DNA of 35,988 nucleotides, taken from NCBI RefSeq assembly GCF_006345805.1, contig NW_021824688.1, forward strand, positions 1 to 35,988. Direction: 5' to 3'. This stretch comes from Octopus sinensis. Taxonomy: Eukaryota. The notes under the pieces were generated by a model. The model ran no database searches. It saw nothing but the letters and a program-made list of their open reading frames with translations, and was not told where the DNA came from. A program made the translations under genes and the position numbers. This document shows positions 12,301-22,249 of this stretch, one piece after another (the first letter of the stretch is position 1; every line of letters begins with the position of its first letter).

Positions 12301-12700
12301 TGTGAGCCTTGCACAAAAAGAATCAAGCGCCGCCACGATAAAAGTGTCTGTGTATCTTCATTCGCTCTTATGCTGTAAATACCAATATACCATGTACCAA
12401 ATAAAGTTATGTAGGAGGACGCGAAAGTAATGATACTCTGGACTATGATTTTCAGACAGATTGTGTAATAGAAAACTGTCGGCCGGAGTGTCATATTGAA
12501 TAGAGAGACAAATACTGACAGGATTGTTGATGTAGCCATCCAAATCATGAATGTTGTGAGTAAAGAGGTTGGAAAAATCACCAAGTACTCCGAATTGAAA
12601 GGGGAATGGCAAGACTTTATGGGATGCGATGGGGTAATGTAAAAGTGATACCAGTGGTGATCAGAGCGTTGGGCTGACCATTGAAATTCTTCTTCTTCTT
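9320..12700 (+). mobile_element. Old, decayed, apparently full-length R4/Dong-clade non-LTR retrotransposon
   Basis: In order: N-terminal RRK*T motif, NKQFENTLFKNNPKQFFRTL, KALGPDGIHGFWVK, NYRSIACL, EQKGC, WIDFKKGHDMMPHSW, RGIFQGDSFSP, HLLFMDDLKL, YKYLG, a CCHC-like region with RRHDK, and decayed RLE with VIPVVIRALG. Many stops. Confidence 0.9.
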
Positions 12701-12720
12701 AAGGCAACTGGAAATCTAAT

Positions 12721-12879
12721 TAGAAAATTGCACTACTGGGGCACTGCCACATCCTACGCAGAAACACTTTCAATACAGTACCATCAGAGCATCACAACAA
12801 ATCACAGCACATAACCCAAGGCACACAGAGCTGCGCTCGATAGTGAAGTGAAAGCACGTTATAAAAATAAAAACTACTG
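12721..12879 (+). mobile_element. 3'-terminal fragment of the young Dong-like family, followed by (AAT)n
   Basis: Highly similar to about 29495-29652 (AGAAAATTGCACTACT...GTGAAGTGAAAGCACG...AAAACTACTG). Confidence 0.92.
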
Positions 12880-12888
12880 AATAATATA

Positions 12889-12953
<65 letters not shown>

Positions 12954-12962
12954 GATAATGAT

Positions 12963-13148
12963 AAAAGATGATATAGGCACACACCAGAAAAGGTCACAGA
13001 AAACGAGAAAGCAACCATACTCTGGGATATGCCGATACACACAGATAGAGAAATTAAGGCCAACAGACCAGATATAGTTGTCAGAGATCATGAAGAAAAA
13101 AAATGCTCGGTAGTGAAGTGAAAGCACGCTATAAAAATAAAACTACTG
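12963..13148 (+). mobile_element. 3' fragment of the young Dong-like family with an internal ~330-bp deletion
   Basis: Matches about 29135-29278 joined to 29610-29652 at a GCT microhomology (AAAATGCT|CGGTAGTG). Flanked by AAT tracts. Confidence 0.9.
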
Positions 13149-13170
13149 AATAATAATAATAATAATAATG

Positions 13171-13702
13171 ACCTACATACACTGGAAGCTATGCCAACAT
13201 TATGGAACAACAACAGAAAAAAGATGGTATAGGCACACAACAGAAAAGGTCACAGAAAACGAGAAGCAAACCATACTCTGATAGAGAAATAAGGCCAACA
13301 GACCGATATAGTTGTCAGAGATCATGAGAAAAAAAAAATGCTTCTAATTGATGTATCAATACCAGCAGATGACAACGTGTCTCTAAAAGAAATGGAGAAA
13401 CTTTCAAAATACAAAGACCTGGAAATAGGGTAACCAGAATGTGGAATCTAAAAGCAGAAACAATTCCTATCATAGTAGGTGCATTCGGCATGATAAAAAA
13501 TATTCAGACAAATACATAACCAAAACCCAGGACTACAAACACATATAACATACAGAAAATTGCACTACTAGGCACTGCACACATTCTATGCAGAACACTT
13601 TCCATACAATAACCATCAGAGCATCACAACAAATCACAGCACATACCCAAGGCACACTGCGCTCGGTAGTGAAGTGAAAGCACGCTATAAAAAAAAATAC
13701 TG
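13171..13702 (+). mobile_element. 3' fragment (~530 bp) of the young Dong-like family
   Basis: Matches about 29086-29652 with scattered small deletions. Flanked by AAT tracts. Confidence 0.92.
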
Positions 13703-13718
13703 AATAATAATAATAATA

Positions 13719-13756
<38 letters not shown>

Positions 13757-13806
13757 TAATAATAATAATAATAATAATAATGATGATGATGATGATGATG
13801 ATGATG

Positions 13807-13842
<36 letters not shown>

Positions 13843-13870
13843 TAATAATAATAATAATAATAATAATAAT
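13703..13870. repeat. (AAT)n/(GAT)n microsatellite
   Basis: Direct inspection. Confidence 0.95.
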
Positions 13871-14225
13871 CTGATGCAGTACCAGGCAGTGGCTCTCATG
13901 GCTTCTGATCTTAACTGATTGTAAGTGGTATCATGTACATTGTTTTGTCTTGGTATTAAAGATGGGCTACAGCAAATATTTTGCTCACTACCACAGATTT
14001 GCATGTCAGTTGCTTGACTTTAACAAGTTGAACACGATATGACCATCAGATCATGAGCAGCAGTAGTGGGGGGATATCATATCCATGTGTTGAAAGGAAT
14101 TCTTCGGGATTTGAATGATTCACCTCTGGGAACATGGGTACTTCGTTCAACATCCTTAAACAACCATTATTCAGGGAGCTTTTGAGTGGGATGGGCCACT
14201 CGATCTGAAGATATGCGATTACCAT
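13871..14225 (+). mobile_element. Unclassified ~540-bp AAT-flanked repeat, 3'-truncated copy
   Basis: CTGATGCAGTACCAGGCAGTGGCTCTCATGGCTTCTGATCTTAACTGATTG... is homologous to 25245-25780 and 31133-31668. Confidence 0.85.
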
Positions 14226-14493
14226 GTCGCTAGCAATGATACCCACAAACATGCATGCATTTATACTTACAAACACACACGCGAATTTATACCCTCAAAC
14301 ACACACACATATTTTACAGCTCATCATGGGCAGTGTACTTATAGTAAAATGCTCCAAGGGAAACACAGATTTTCGAAAAGTTTCAACATCATGGAATGTA
14401 GAAACAAATTTTGTTTTTTTCATTGTTTCACATTTAAGGTTGGACTATAAGTTGGAGTCTTAATATTTGTCCTATCTGATATACACACATATA

Positions 14494-15702
14494 CACGGAG
14501 TACATTCCGGAAGTTTTGAAACTGTTTAGGAAAGGCAGTCAAAGTATATCATTACTATATATGTAATAAGGTGACATGTCAGCCTTTGTTATGCCAGATT
14601 GAAAGAATGGGGTGTAACTTTGAACACACCCTACTAAATACTGTTTAACATAGCTGACTAGTTTGCAGAATGCTGTCGGGGCGTAAAATCTATCTGGAAG
14701 CAATAGACTGTTTGTAGATTAACTTGTATGACCCAAGCGTCAGTTTTTCGCTAGCACAAGAGAGATCCAAGGACGATAGAGAGGAGATGAGAGACAATGA
14801 GATGTGGGGGAGAACGGGACGTCAGAACATCAGAGCTGGTTGAAAAAATTCTCAGTTTTCTGGTTGAAGCCTACAAAGACAAAAAGCATACCGTTTGGAG
14901 TTGGTATGGTACCTGTACACGGAATAATTCAAGAAGATCTGAACATACGCAAAATTTGTTTGATCCTAGGGTGCTCAGTGACGAACATACGGATAGACTC
15001 ATTGGGGACAGAAGTGAAATAGTTGGGCTCATTACCTGAAATCCAAGAGAACTTGAGTTTCTGACGACCTGTAACGAAAACTAGATCAATTGTTATGATT
15101 CATAAACCAAGAGGCACAATCTCCAATGGAAGCATTCTGGCTCCATTTCCAGTCTAATGATACTTGATTTGGAAATAAGAAGGTAGAAAATTAATTGACT
15201 GAAGTCTATATCTCCAGAAGCTGTTTTTATTAGTAAAATCTAAAAATATCACTAGTTTTTCCGAGCAATCTAAAACGCCAGGCAAAGCAATTTCACCTGG
15301 AAGCTCACGATGATCCTCTTTTTCGACAACAAGGGAGTCTCTGCCTCTGCTGAGTTTTCCTGGCCAGGCGATCAACAAAAAGTACTTTGTGGAGGTTTTG
15401 AAGGAGATCATGAAGAGATTTTATTGCAAAGGGTCAGTGGTCTTCCTCACTGGTTGGTGACACCTGCACCAGGACAATACACCAATTCACAACTCAATTT
15501 TGGTAGCCAATTATTTGGAGCAGTCGCATTGATACGATGAAGGATGCTGTGACATGGGTCCTAGACACCTTCACAATGGAAGACTCCCATGGAGCCTCCA
15601 GGAAGTGGCTGGAGCGATACAGAGGAGATTGACGTCTTGTACTCTTTTGAAATTAATAAATGTCTCTCCAGAAAAGTCTCAAAATTTCTGAAATATACCT
15701 TG
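14494..15702 (+). mobile_element. Mariner transposon, decayed, both TIRs present, flanked by TA
   Basis: TA-CACGGAGTACATTCCGGAAGTTTTGAAACT and the reverse complement of the right end TA-CAAGGTATATTTCAGAAATTTTGAGACT. Transposase remnants PRVLSDEH, FLTTCNEN*INCYDS*TKR, MILFFDNKG, HLHQDNTPIHNSILV, MKDAVTWVLDTFTMED. The YSPDL region is deleted. Confidence 0.85.
15144..15268. repeat. ~125-bp short interspersed sequence inserted into the mariner; second copy at 18680-18838
   Basis: Shared CATTTCCAGTCTAAT...AGAAAATTAATTGACTGAAGTCTATATCTCCAGAAGCTGTTTT...AGTAAAATCTAAAAATATCACTAGTTTTTCC. The mariner reading frame resumes after it. Confidence 0.85.
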
Positions 15703-16019
15703 TATATACACGTATACATGAATACAAACATTCTTATAGACATACATATGTTAAATGAAATAAGATAACAAGGCCAAGGCAATGTGACATTTATAAAGAG
15801 AAAGGTGGTCAAACAGCTGTTGGTCTTATAAATGTCCTAGAAATATCACATTGCCTTGGTCTTGTTGTCTTATTTTGTTTAACATATACACGCTCACGCG
15901 CGACCCGCTTTAGACTCCGCATTCATACTATTATTGAACCGGGAGTTTAACAGTGGTCCTTTTTTAACACTTACATATCCTTACCTGCCTTTTGCGTCTT
16001 CTGGATACCAAAACCTCTC

Positions 16020-16066
<47 letters not shown>

Positions 16067-16624
16067 TTTATTTATTACACTATTGTATGACTGAGCGCCC
16101 TCGCGTCGATTCGATTCGTTTTCGTTTCGTTTCATCTCCTCCAAGTAAGTTTTGTTATTTATAATTGTGACGCAAAACTCTACAACTCTTTGCTTGACCT
16201 TGTCTTCCTTCCCTATCTCCCTCTCTCTCTTTCACTCCTCCTCATCTCTCTCTCACAGCCGCTTGTCTTCCTCTATCTCTCTCTCTCTCACTCCTCCTCA
16301 TCTCTTTCAGCCGGGCGAGTTGCTTCCTTTCGCCGCTGGCACTCTAACAGTGAACACTGTTCTTCTAGCGCTTACAATCTTTCCTCGTGTAGGCCAGCAT
16401 TAAGGCCCTCATTGTTCTGTTTTTGTTTTGTTTTATTTCTTGTACTGTATTTTTCGTACTTGTAATTTTATTCTGTATTTTTATTTTTTGTATTTTTATT
16501 TTGTATTTTTATTTTGTAATTTTATTTGTATCGTCTTTTGTCACATGTTTAACTTTCCTTGTTTTTACCCCTCTGCGAAGTAATTTTATTTAATTCCTTC
16601 GCAGGAAGGACTAGTTCCACGAGT

Positions 16625-16684
16625 CGTGTTCTGTCCAACTTCGAAACACGCTGGAGTTGAACTAGGGACAGCTGATGAAGGGGA
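16625..16684 (+). ncRNA. Hammerhead-like motif with non-canonical (permuted/pseudoknotted) strand order
   Basis: CGTGT-T-CTGTCC...CTTC-GAAA-CACG...GGACAG-CTGATGA-AGGGG. Stem III (5 bp) and stem I (6 bp) are perfectly complementary and all core nucleotides are present, but the GAAA strand lies inside loop I. Confidence 0.5.
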
Positions 16685-16944
16685 TTTTTCCTTGTGTAGT
16701 TTGTCTTGTACTCTGTTTTTTTTCGTTTAGGTCCGTTTCCACGTTTGTTTTTATACGTTTTCTTTTCTCGTTGAGTTCTACATCTATTTGTGGTATCCTG
16801 TACTCACGTATATATATTTATATATGCATGTATATATACATGTAGATGTAGGTACGTACATATGTATGTATGTATGCATATATTTTATTTATTACACTAT
16901 ATATATATATATATATTATATATATATATATATATATAATATAT

Positions 16945-16976
<32 letters not shown>

Positions 16977-17019
16977 AACACGACATAACACATACAGATA
17001 GATATATATATTATATATA

Positions 17020-17636
17020 ACAAAATTAGAAAATGGAGAAACATACTTAAATCAATCAAACATCAACCATCAGATGATACCCAATCAAATTTATTACACC
17101 ATTACATAACAGCAAAGGCATTATACAAAATATATTGTAAATATAATTAGACAAGGAAATAGAAATATAAAATATAAAAATATAATATATAATTATATCA
17201 TATCTGACACCTGTTTCGGCCGTAAGGACAAGTATGCCTCATTTAACCTATAAGCCATATAAGGCAGGTATAAATGAGACATTAACAAGGATGTCCAACG
17301 GCCTCTTCAGAGAATTTAATTTATTATAGTGTGAAACTTTTTTTACATATAAATATAAAAATATAAGATATAAAAACGTGTGCATAGTCACTCATAATAC
17401 TACACATATATATATACTCATGAATACAATAATACAAAATATGTATTTTGTTTATTGTATTTTTGTATTTTTATTGTATTATTGTGTATTAATGAGTATA
17501 TATGTGTAGTATTATGAGTGTCTATGCACACGTTTTTATATTTTATATTTTTATGTGTAATAAAGTATTGATTGGGTATCATCTGATGGTTGATGTTTGA
17601 TTGATTTAAGTATGTTTCTCCATTTTCTAATTTTGT
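17020..17636. repeat. Nested inverted-repeat block, probable Penelope pseudo-LTR remnant
   Basis: 17020-17088 is the perfect 69-bp reverse complement of 17568-17636. A second inverted pair lies at about 17345-17441 / 17469-17556. A hammerhead sits between the two left arms. Confidence 0.88.
17203..17313 (-). ncRNA. Type I hammerhead ribozyme motif with a long stem II
   Basis: Minus strand: TCT-CTGAAGA-GGCCGT...(86-nt stem II)...ACGGCC-GAAA-CAGGT-GTC-AGA. GUC triplet, predicted cut between 17206 and 17205. Stem III ACAGGTGT is near-palindromic. Confidence 0.8.
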
Positions 17637-17798
17637 ATTTAATTTACAGTAATATTTTTACCCTTGCCCACATAATACAGTAGATGAATTAATTGCATGG
17701 CAATTTTAAACATTTATGTATTAGTCTTGTTGGGTACCTCTCTAGCAGTATATTGGATATATGTTATCCCATGGTGGTTGAATTTTCAACCCCTATCT

Positions 17799-18630
<832 letters not shown>

Positions 18631-18679
18631 TCTCGATGCTTTTTCATTCGTGTTCTAATTGAAAAAAACGCGTTGGCAT

Positions 18680-18838
18680 CATTTCCAGTCTAATCAAACT
18701 TAATTTGGAAAATTAATTGACTGTTAGAAAATTAATTGACTGAAGTCTATATCTCCAGAAGCTGTTTTAATTAGTAAAATCTAAAAATATCACTAGTTTT
18801 TCCAACCAATCAAAAATATCACTAATTTTTCCAAGCAA
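18680..18838. repeat. Second copy of the 15144-15268 short repeat, with internal tandem duplications
   Basis: See 15144-15268. AAAATTAATTGACTG and AAAAATATCACTA.TTTTTCCA are each duplicated here. Confidence 0.8.
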
Positions 18839-18879
18839 GAAAGTTTGGAATTCTTTCAAACTTTCCTGCTTCGAAAAAT

Positions 18880-19540
18880 TTCATGTTGAGTAGTCAGAAA
18901 GAAATCTTTATGGAAGGTGAGGACTGCTCAATTAACAGATTTTAAAACAAATTTAAGATTATCTCGGCAACACAAGACAGTTATTAGACAATACCAATAC
19001 AAGGAGTATATATGCAATTTTATCATATGCAAATCCCCGTTAAAGAGCAAGTAGGTGATATGTGCCTACAATTTGTCATACACAGTACAAGTGATATGAT
19101 GTGAATGATGTTTAGTAACTTCACTACTAAAGAATAGTTTATGAGATTGAGGACAGCAGGTGAAAGTATTTATAAGATTTTCAAACTATACACAATGGAA
19201 TAATTGGTAGTATCAAATGATTTAATTCCTTCTGAAAGAAAGAGATTAATTCCTTTCATACTTTGTGTTTGCAATGTGTTATCCATCAAGAAGTTTTGTT
19301 TTGTGATGGATTAATTACATTTGGAAACGTCAAGAATATTATTATTAAAGTAATCGAATCGATGAGAGCAGCACATTTATTTGTAATGTCGAGTTACCAT
19401 ACCTTACAGGAAGAGAGTGGAGAAAAGAAAAACATCTAGTTTCATTAAACTGCTTTACAGTTTTATGATGACTCAGTAAAAGTAAAGTTCTTACAAGATA
19501 ATTACGGTTCAATGACGATATAATAAGCCATTAGGTGCAC
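18880..19540 (+). pseudogene. hAT-superfamily transposase remnant (SPIN/Buster-like)
   Basis: Translation from 19275 gives CVIHQEVLFCDGLITFGNVKNIIIKVIESMRAAHL (CxxH motif). Upstream FTTKE*FMRLRTAGESIYKIFK resembles the corresponding hAT segment. No TIRs found. Confidence 0.6.
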
Positions 19541-20181
19541 GCAGGATAGCGAGAATCTACTAAATATACTAATTGTTAAACGTTCTGGAAAATTCGATAG
19601 TGTATGTGCAAATCACTGTAGTATTCGCCCTCGGTTCGGAGAACACCTCTTTAGACGGTATTTGTTCCCAACACATCCGCTTCATTGGCATAAGAAGCTT
19701 TGTGATATCACAGTATTTCGACCTTCAGTCAAATCTACCCCAAAATATATTCCCGATTCATGATGTTTGCTAAACCAATAAAACATTAGAAGTAAGCCAT
19801 TGTTTTGATTCTCCCTATTCTACATGCAAAGTTAATTATAACAATGTTCCATTTATTACATCAACACATAAATATTTATATACTCTAATATAAATAATTT
19901 TTATTAATACGCGCTATAATTTTTAAAGTGTGTTGCCATTAAAAATTTCCCACTTTGAAAAAGAACCTAATGGAATGTGTCTCTATTCGAAAACTAAAAA
20001 GAGAAAAGAATCCCATAAATGGAAAAGAAAATTAACTTTGACACTGAGGTAAACTTCGTCTTTGTCTTAAGCATGAATATATTTTACGAATGTTAAAATA
20101 TTTTTATATTTGTAGAAGAGAAAGTATTGTATCTATTAAAATTTCATGCGTTTACAGGTTTGGTTGGCTGGCATATAAAAA

Positions 20182-20566
20182 ATGCTGTTAGGAGCTGCTC
20201 TTTTCTTTACCATCGTACCATTTACCTTTGGATTAGAAAATCTCGGTAAGTTTTCTCATTTTATTCAGTTGCCAAATTATAAAATGTAACATATAATATT
20301 ATTCTTAGCCCCGTTCCATCAAAAGTAATAAATGAGATCTCGGAAAACATGAATAATCATTAATAAATACTGTGTGAGAATGATGGACAATATTTATATA
20401 TCCCAGTGTTGCTATTTTCTGGAAATAGCTTGTCTATCTTTATAGATAATGAATCAATTTTATTACAGATAAACTATGTATTGCTCCAGTCGTGCCAGTT
20501 ACAAGTGGAATAATGCGTTTCTTAACTTCCATAGTAGCTTTAACTCCGCTGTTATCACAATTTTAA
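20182..20566 (+). CDS. Candidate two-exon gene for a 53-aa secreted or GPI-anchored micropeptide (CDS 20182-20245 + 20469-20566)
   Basis: Acceptor tttacag|G at 20157/8, in-frame TAA just upstream, AAAAAATG start, donor G|gtaagt at 20245/6, 223-bp AT-rich phase-1 intron, acceptor ttttattacag|A. Product MLLGAALFFTIVPFTFGLENLDKLCIAPVVPVTSGIMRFLTSIVALTPLLSQF. Confidence 0.5.
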
Positions 20567-21642
20567 TTGCCATGTTTAACATGCAAAAAGGTGTGGCTTT
20601 ATTATATGATATTTGGTAGTCATCTGTGTGCTAAAGTTCTATATTTTCCTATTTCACAAGTCCTTATGAACAACATAACTTTTCATCGAAGCAGTTCAAA
20701 CAGCGACGACTAAACGTACACAGTTTTGTGACTGTATTGGCTCTCGAAGTATTTTAGCATTGTTTCAGAAAATCTAACATACAGGTTACACACGTAATCT
20801 GTCGTGCAGAATCTGAAGGTAGCCGTTTGGTGGGATCTTAGGGTATCTCTTGCTGATGTCCTGCTTCTGTATCTTGAATACTGGTGCTTCTGTTGCTCCA
20901 TTCACGCTAGGTTTATTATATATTTATAATATGGAGAATCCAGCTCACGGACATATTGGTTATATAAAGGCGTGTTAATAGTTGTTTATCGAAGTTGTTA
21001 ATGTACCCTAAGTATATTTATTTTTGTTGCTGCTTTTGGTGTAGATTTTATCTGTTGGAAGTTTAATTCCAATCCTTGCGAATTGACTTTTGTTTTCCTT
21101 GCTGTAGATATAATAAGTTTGATGCCTGTTTTACGACTGTATTCTATAAGGGTACGAAGGAGGCTTTCTTGTGAGCTTGAAGAGAATTGAGAAACATTAA
21201 GGACTGTTTATAAATTACCAGTTATTGAAGTATCTGTTGTTTTTTTTTTCCTTATCGGATTGATTAAAAGAGTTTTGTAGGTAGTCTTCTAATGGCGAGA
21301 ATATATCAAGAATGACAACCACCAAAAGAGTTAATAAAAGTGGCAGAGATGCAAAACTTCTCTTGCTTCCAAAGATTTCTGAATCGTGTTCCAATCATAG
21401 CATAATATTTTGGAAAATAGGTTTGCTTCTTTACATTTGGAAAATGGATTTGCAAAATTGTTACTTTTATCAATGTGTATTTTATCTATTTTGATATTGT
21501 TACTACTTTTGTGCTATTACTGAAAGGTGTCGTTTTAAGATAAACCTTTTTCCCTAAAGTTTTAAATCAATTTTTTACAGTGTATTTTATTTCTGTTTTA
21601 AGCATTTGTATTAGTATATTGTTCATACACTATATAATTTTC

Positions 21643-22047
21643 GGCTGTGTGGTAAGTAGCTTGCTTACGAACCACATGGTTCCGGGTTCAGTCCCACAGC
21701 GTGGCACATTGGGCGAGTGTCTTCTACTATAGCTTCGGGCCGAACAAAGCCTTGTGAGTAGATTTGGTAGACGGAAACTGAAAGAAGCCCGTCGTATATA
21801 TGTATATATATATGTGTGTATGTTTGTGTGTCTGCGTTTGTCCCCCCCCCCCAACATCGCTTGACAACCGATGCAGGTGTGTTTACGTCCCCCGTAACTT
21901 AGCGGTTCGGCAAAAGAGACCGATAGAATAAGTACTAGGCTTACAAAGAATAAGTCCTGAGGTCGATTTCCTCGACTAAAGGCGGTGCTCCAGCATGACC
22001 ACAGTCAAATGACTGAAACAAGTAAATGAGTAAATGAGTAAAAGAGT
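21643..22047 (+). mobile_element. tRNA-derived SINE, family A (about 10 nt 5'-truncated)
   Basis: Homology to 3401-3816; (AAATGAGT/AAAGAGT)n tail. Confidence 0.92.
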
Positions 22048-22249
22048 ACGTATTTTTGTTGAACGTTGTTATCTATTGTCATCTGGCTTATTTTACTTGT
22101 ATCGTCACACTGAATATGTATTCTATTATATCGAATGGTCGTTATTTTGATTGGTTGTCTTTTAAGTAAATAATAAAGTCCAACTCGCTGCATTTGTATC
22201 TCTGCCACTATTGTATGTACTTATCTCTGCAGCAACATCTTCGTCTAAA

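Noticed and set aside
12721-13870. Repeat-spacer-like alternation suggestive of a CRISPR array
   Set aside because: The units are retrotransposon 3' ends separated by AAT microsatellites in a eukaryotic context; no cas genes.
16611-16671. HDV-like ribozyme reading of the pseudoknot (P1 CTAGTT/AACTAG, P2 CTGTC/GACAG, P3 CAAC/GTTG)
   Set aside because: No P4 or J4/2 catalytic C, L3 is too long and there is no G1 wobble; the hammerhead core explains the conserved nucleotides better.
19953-20000. TTGAAAA-A-GAA...TTC-GAAA possible U3-A8 hammerhead
   Set aside because: Stems I and III do not pair.
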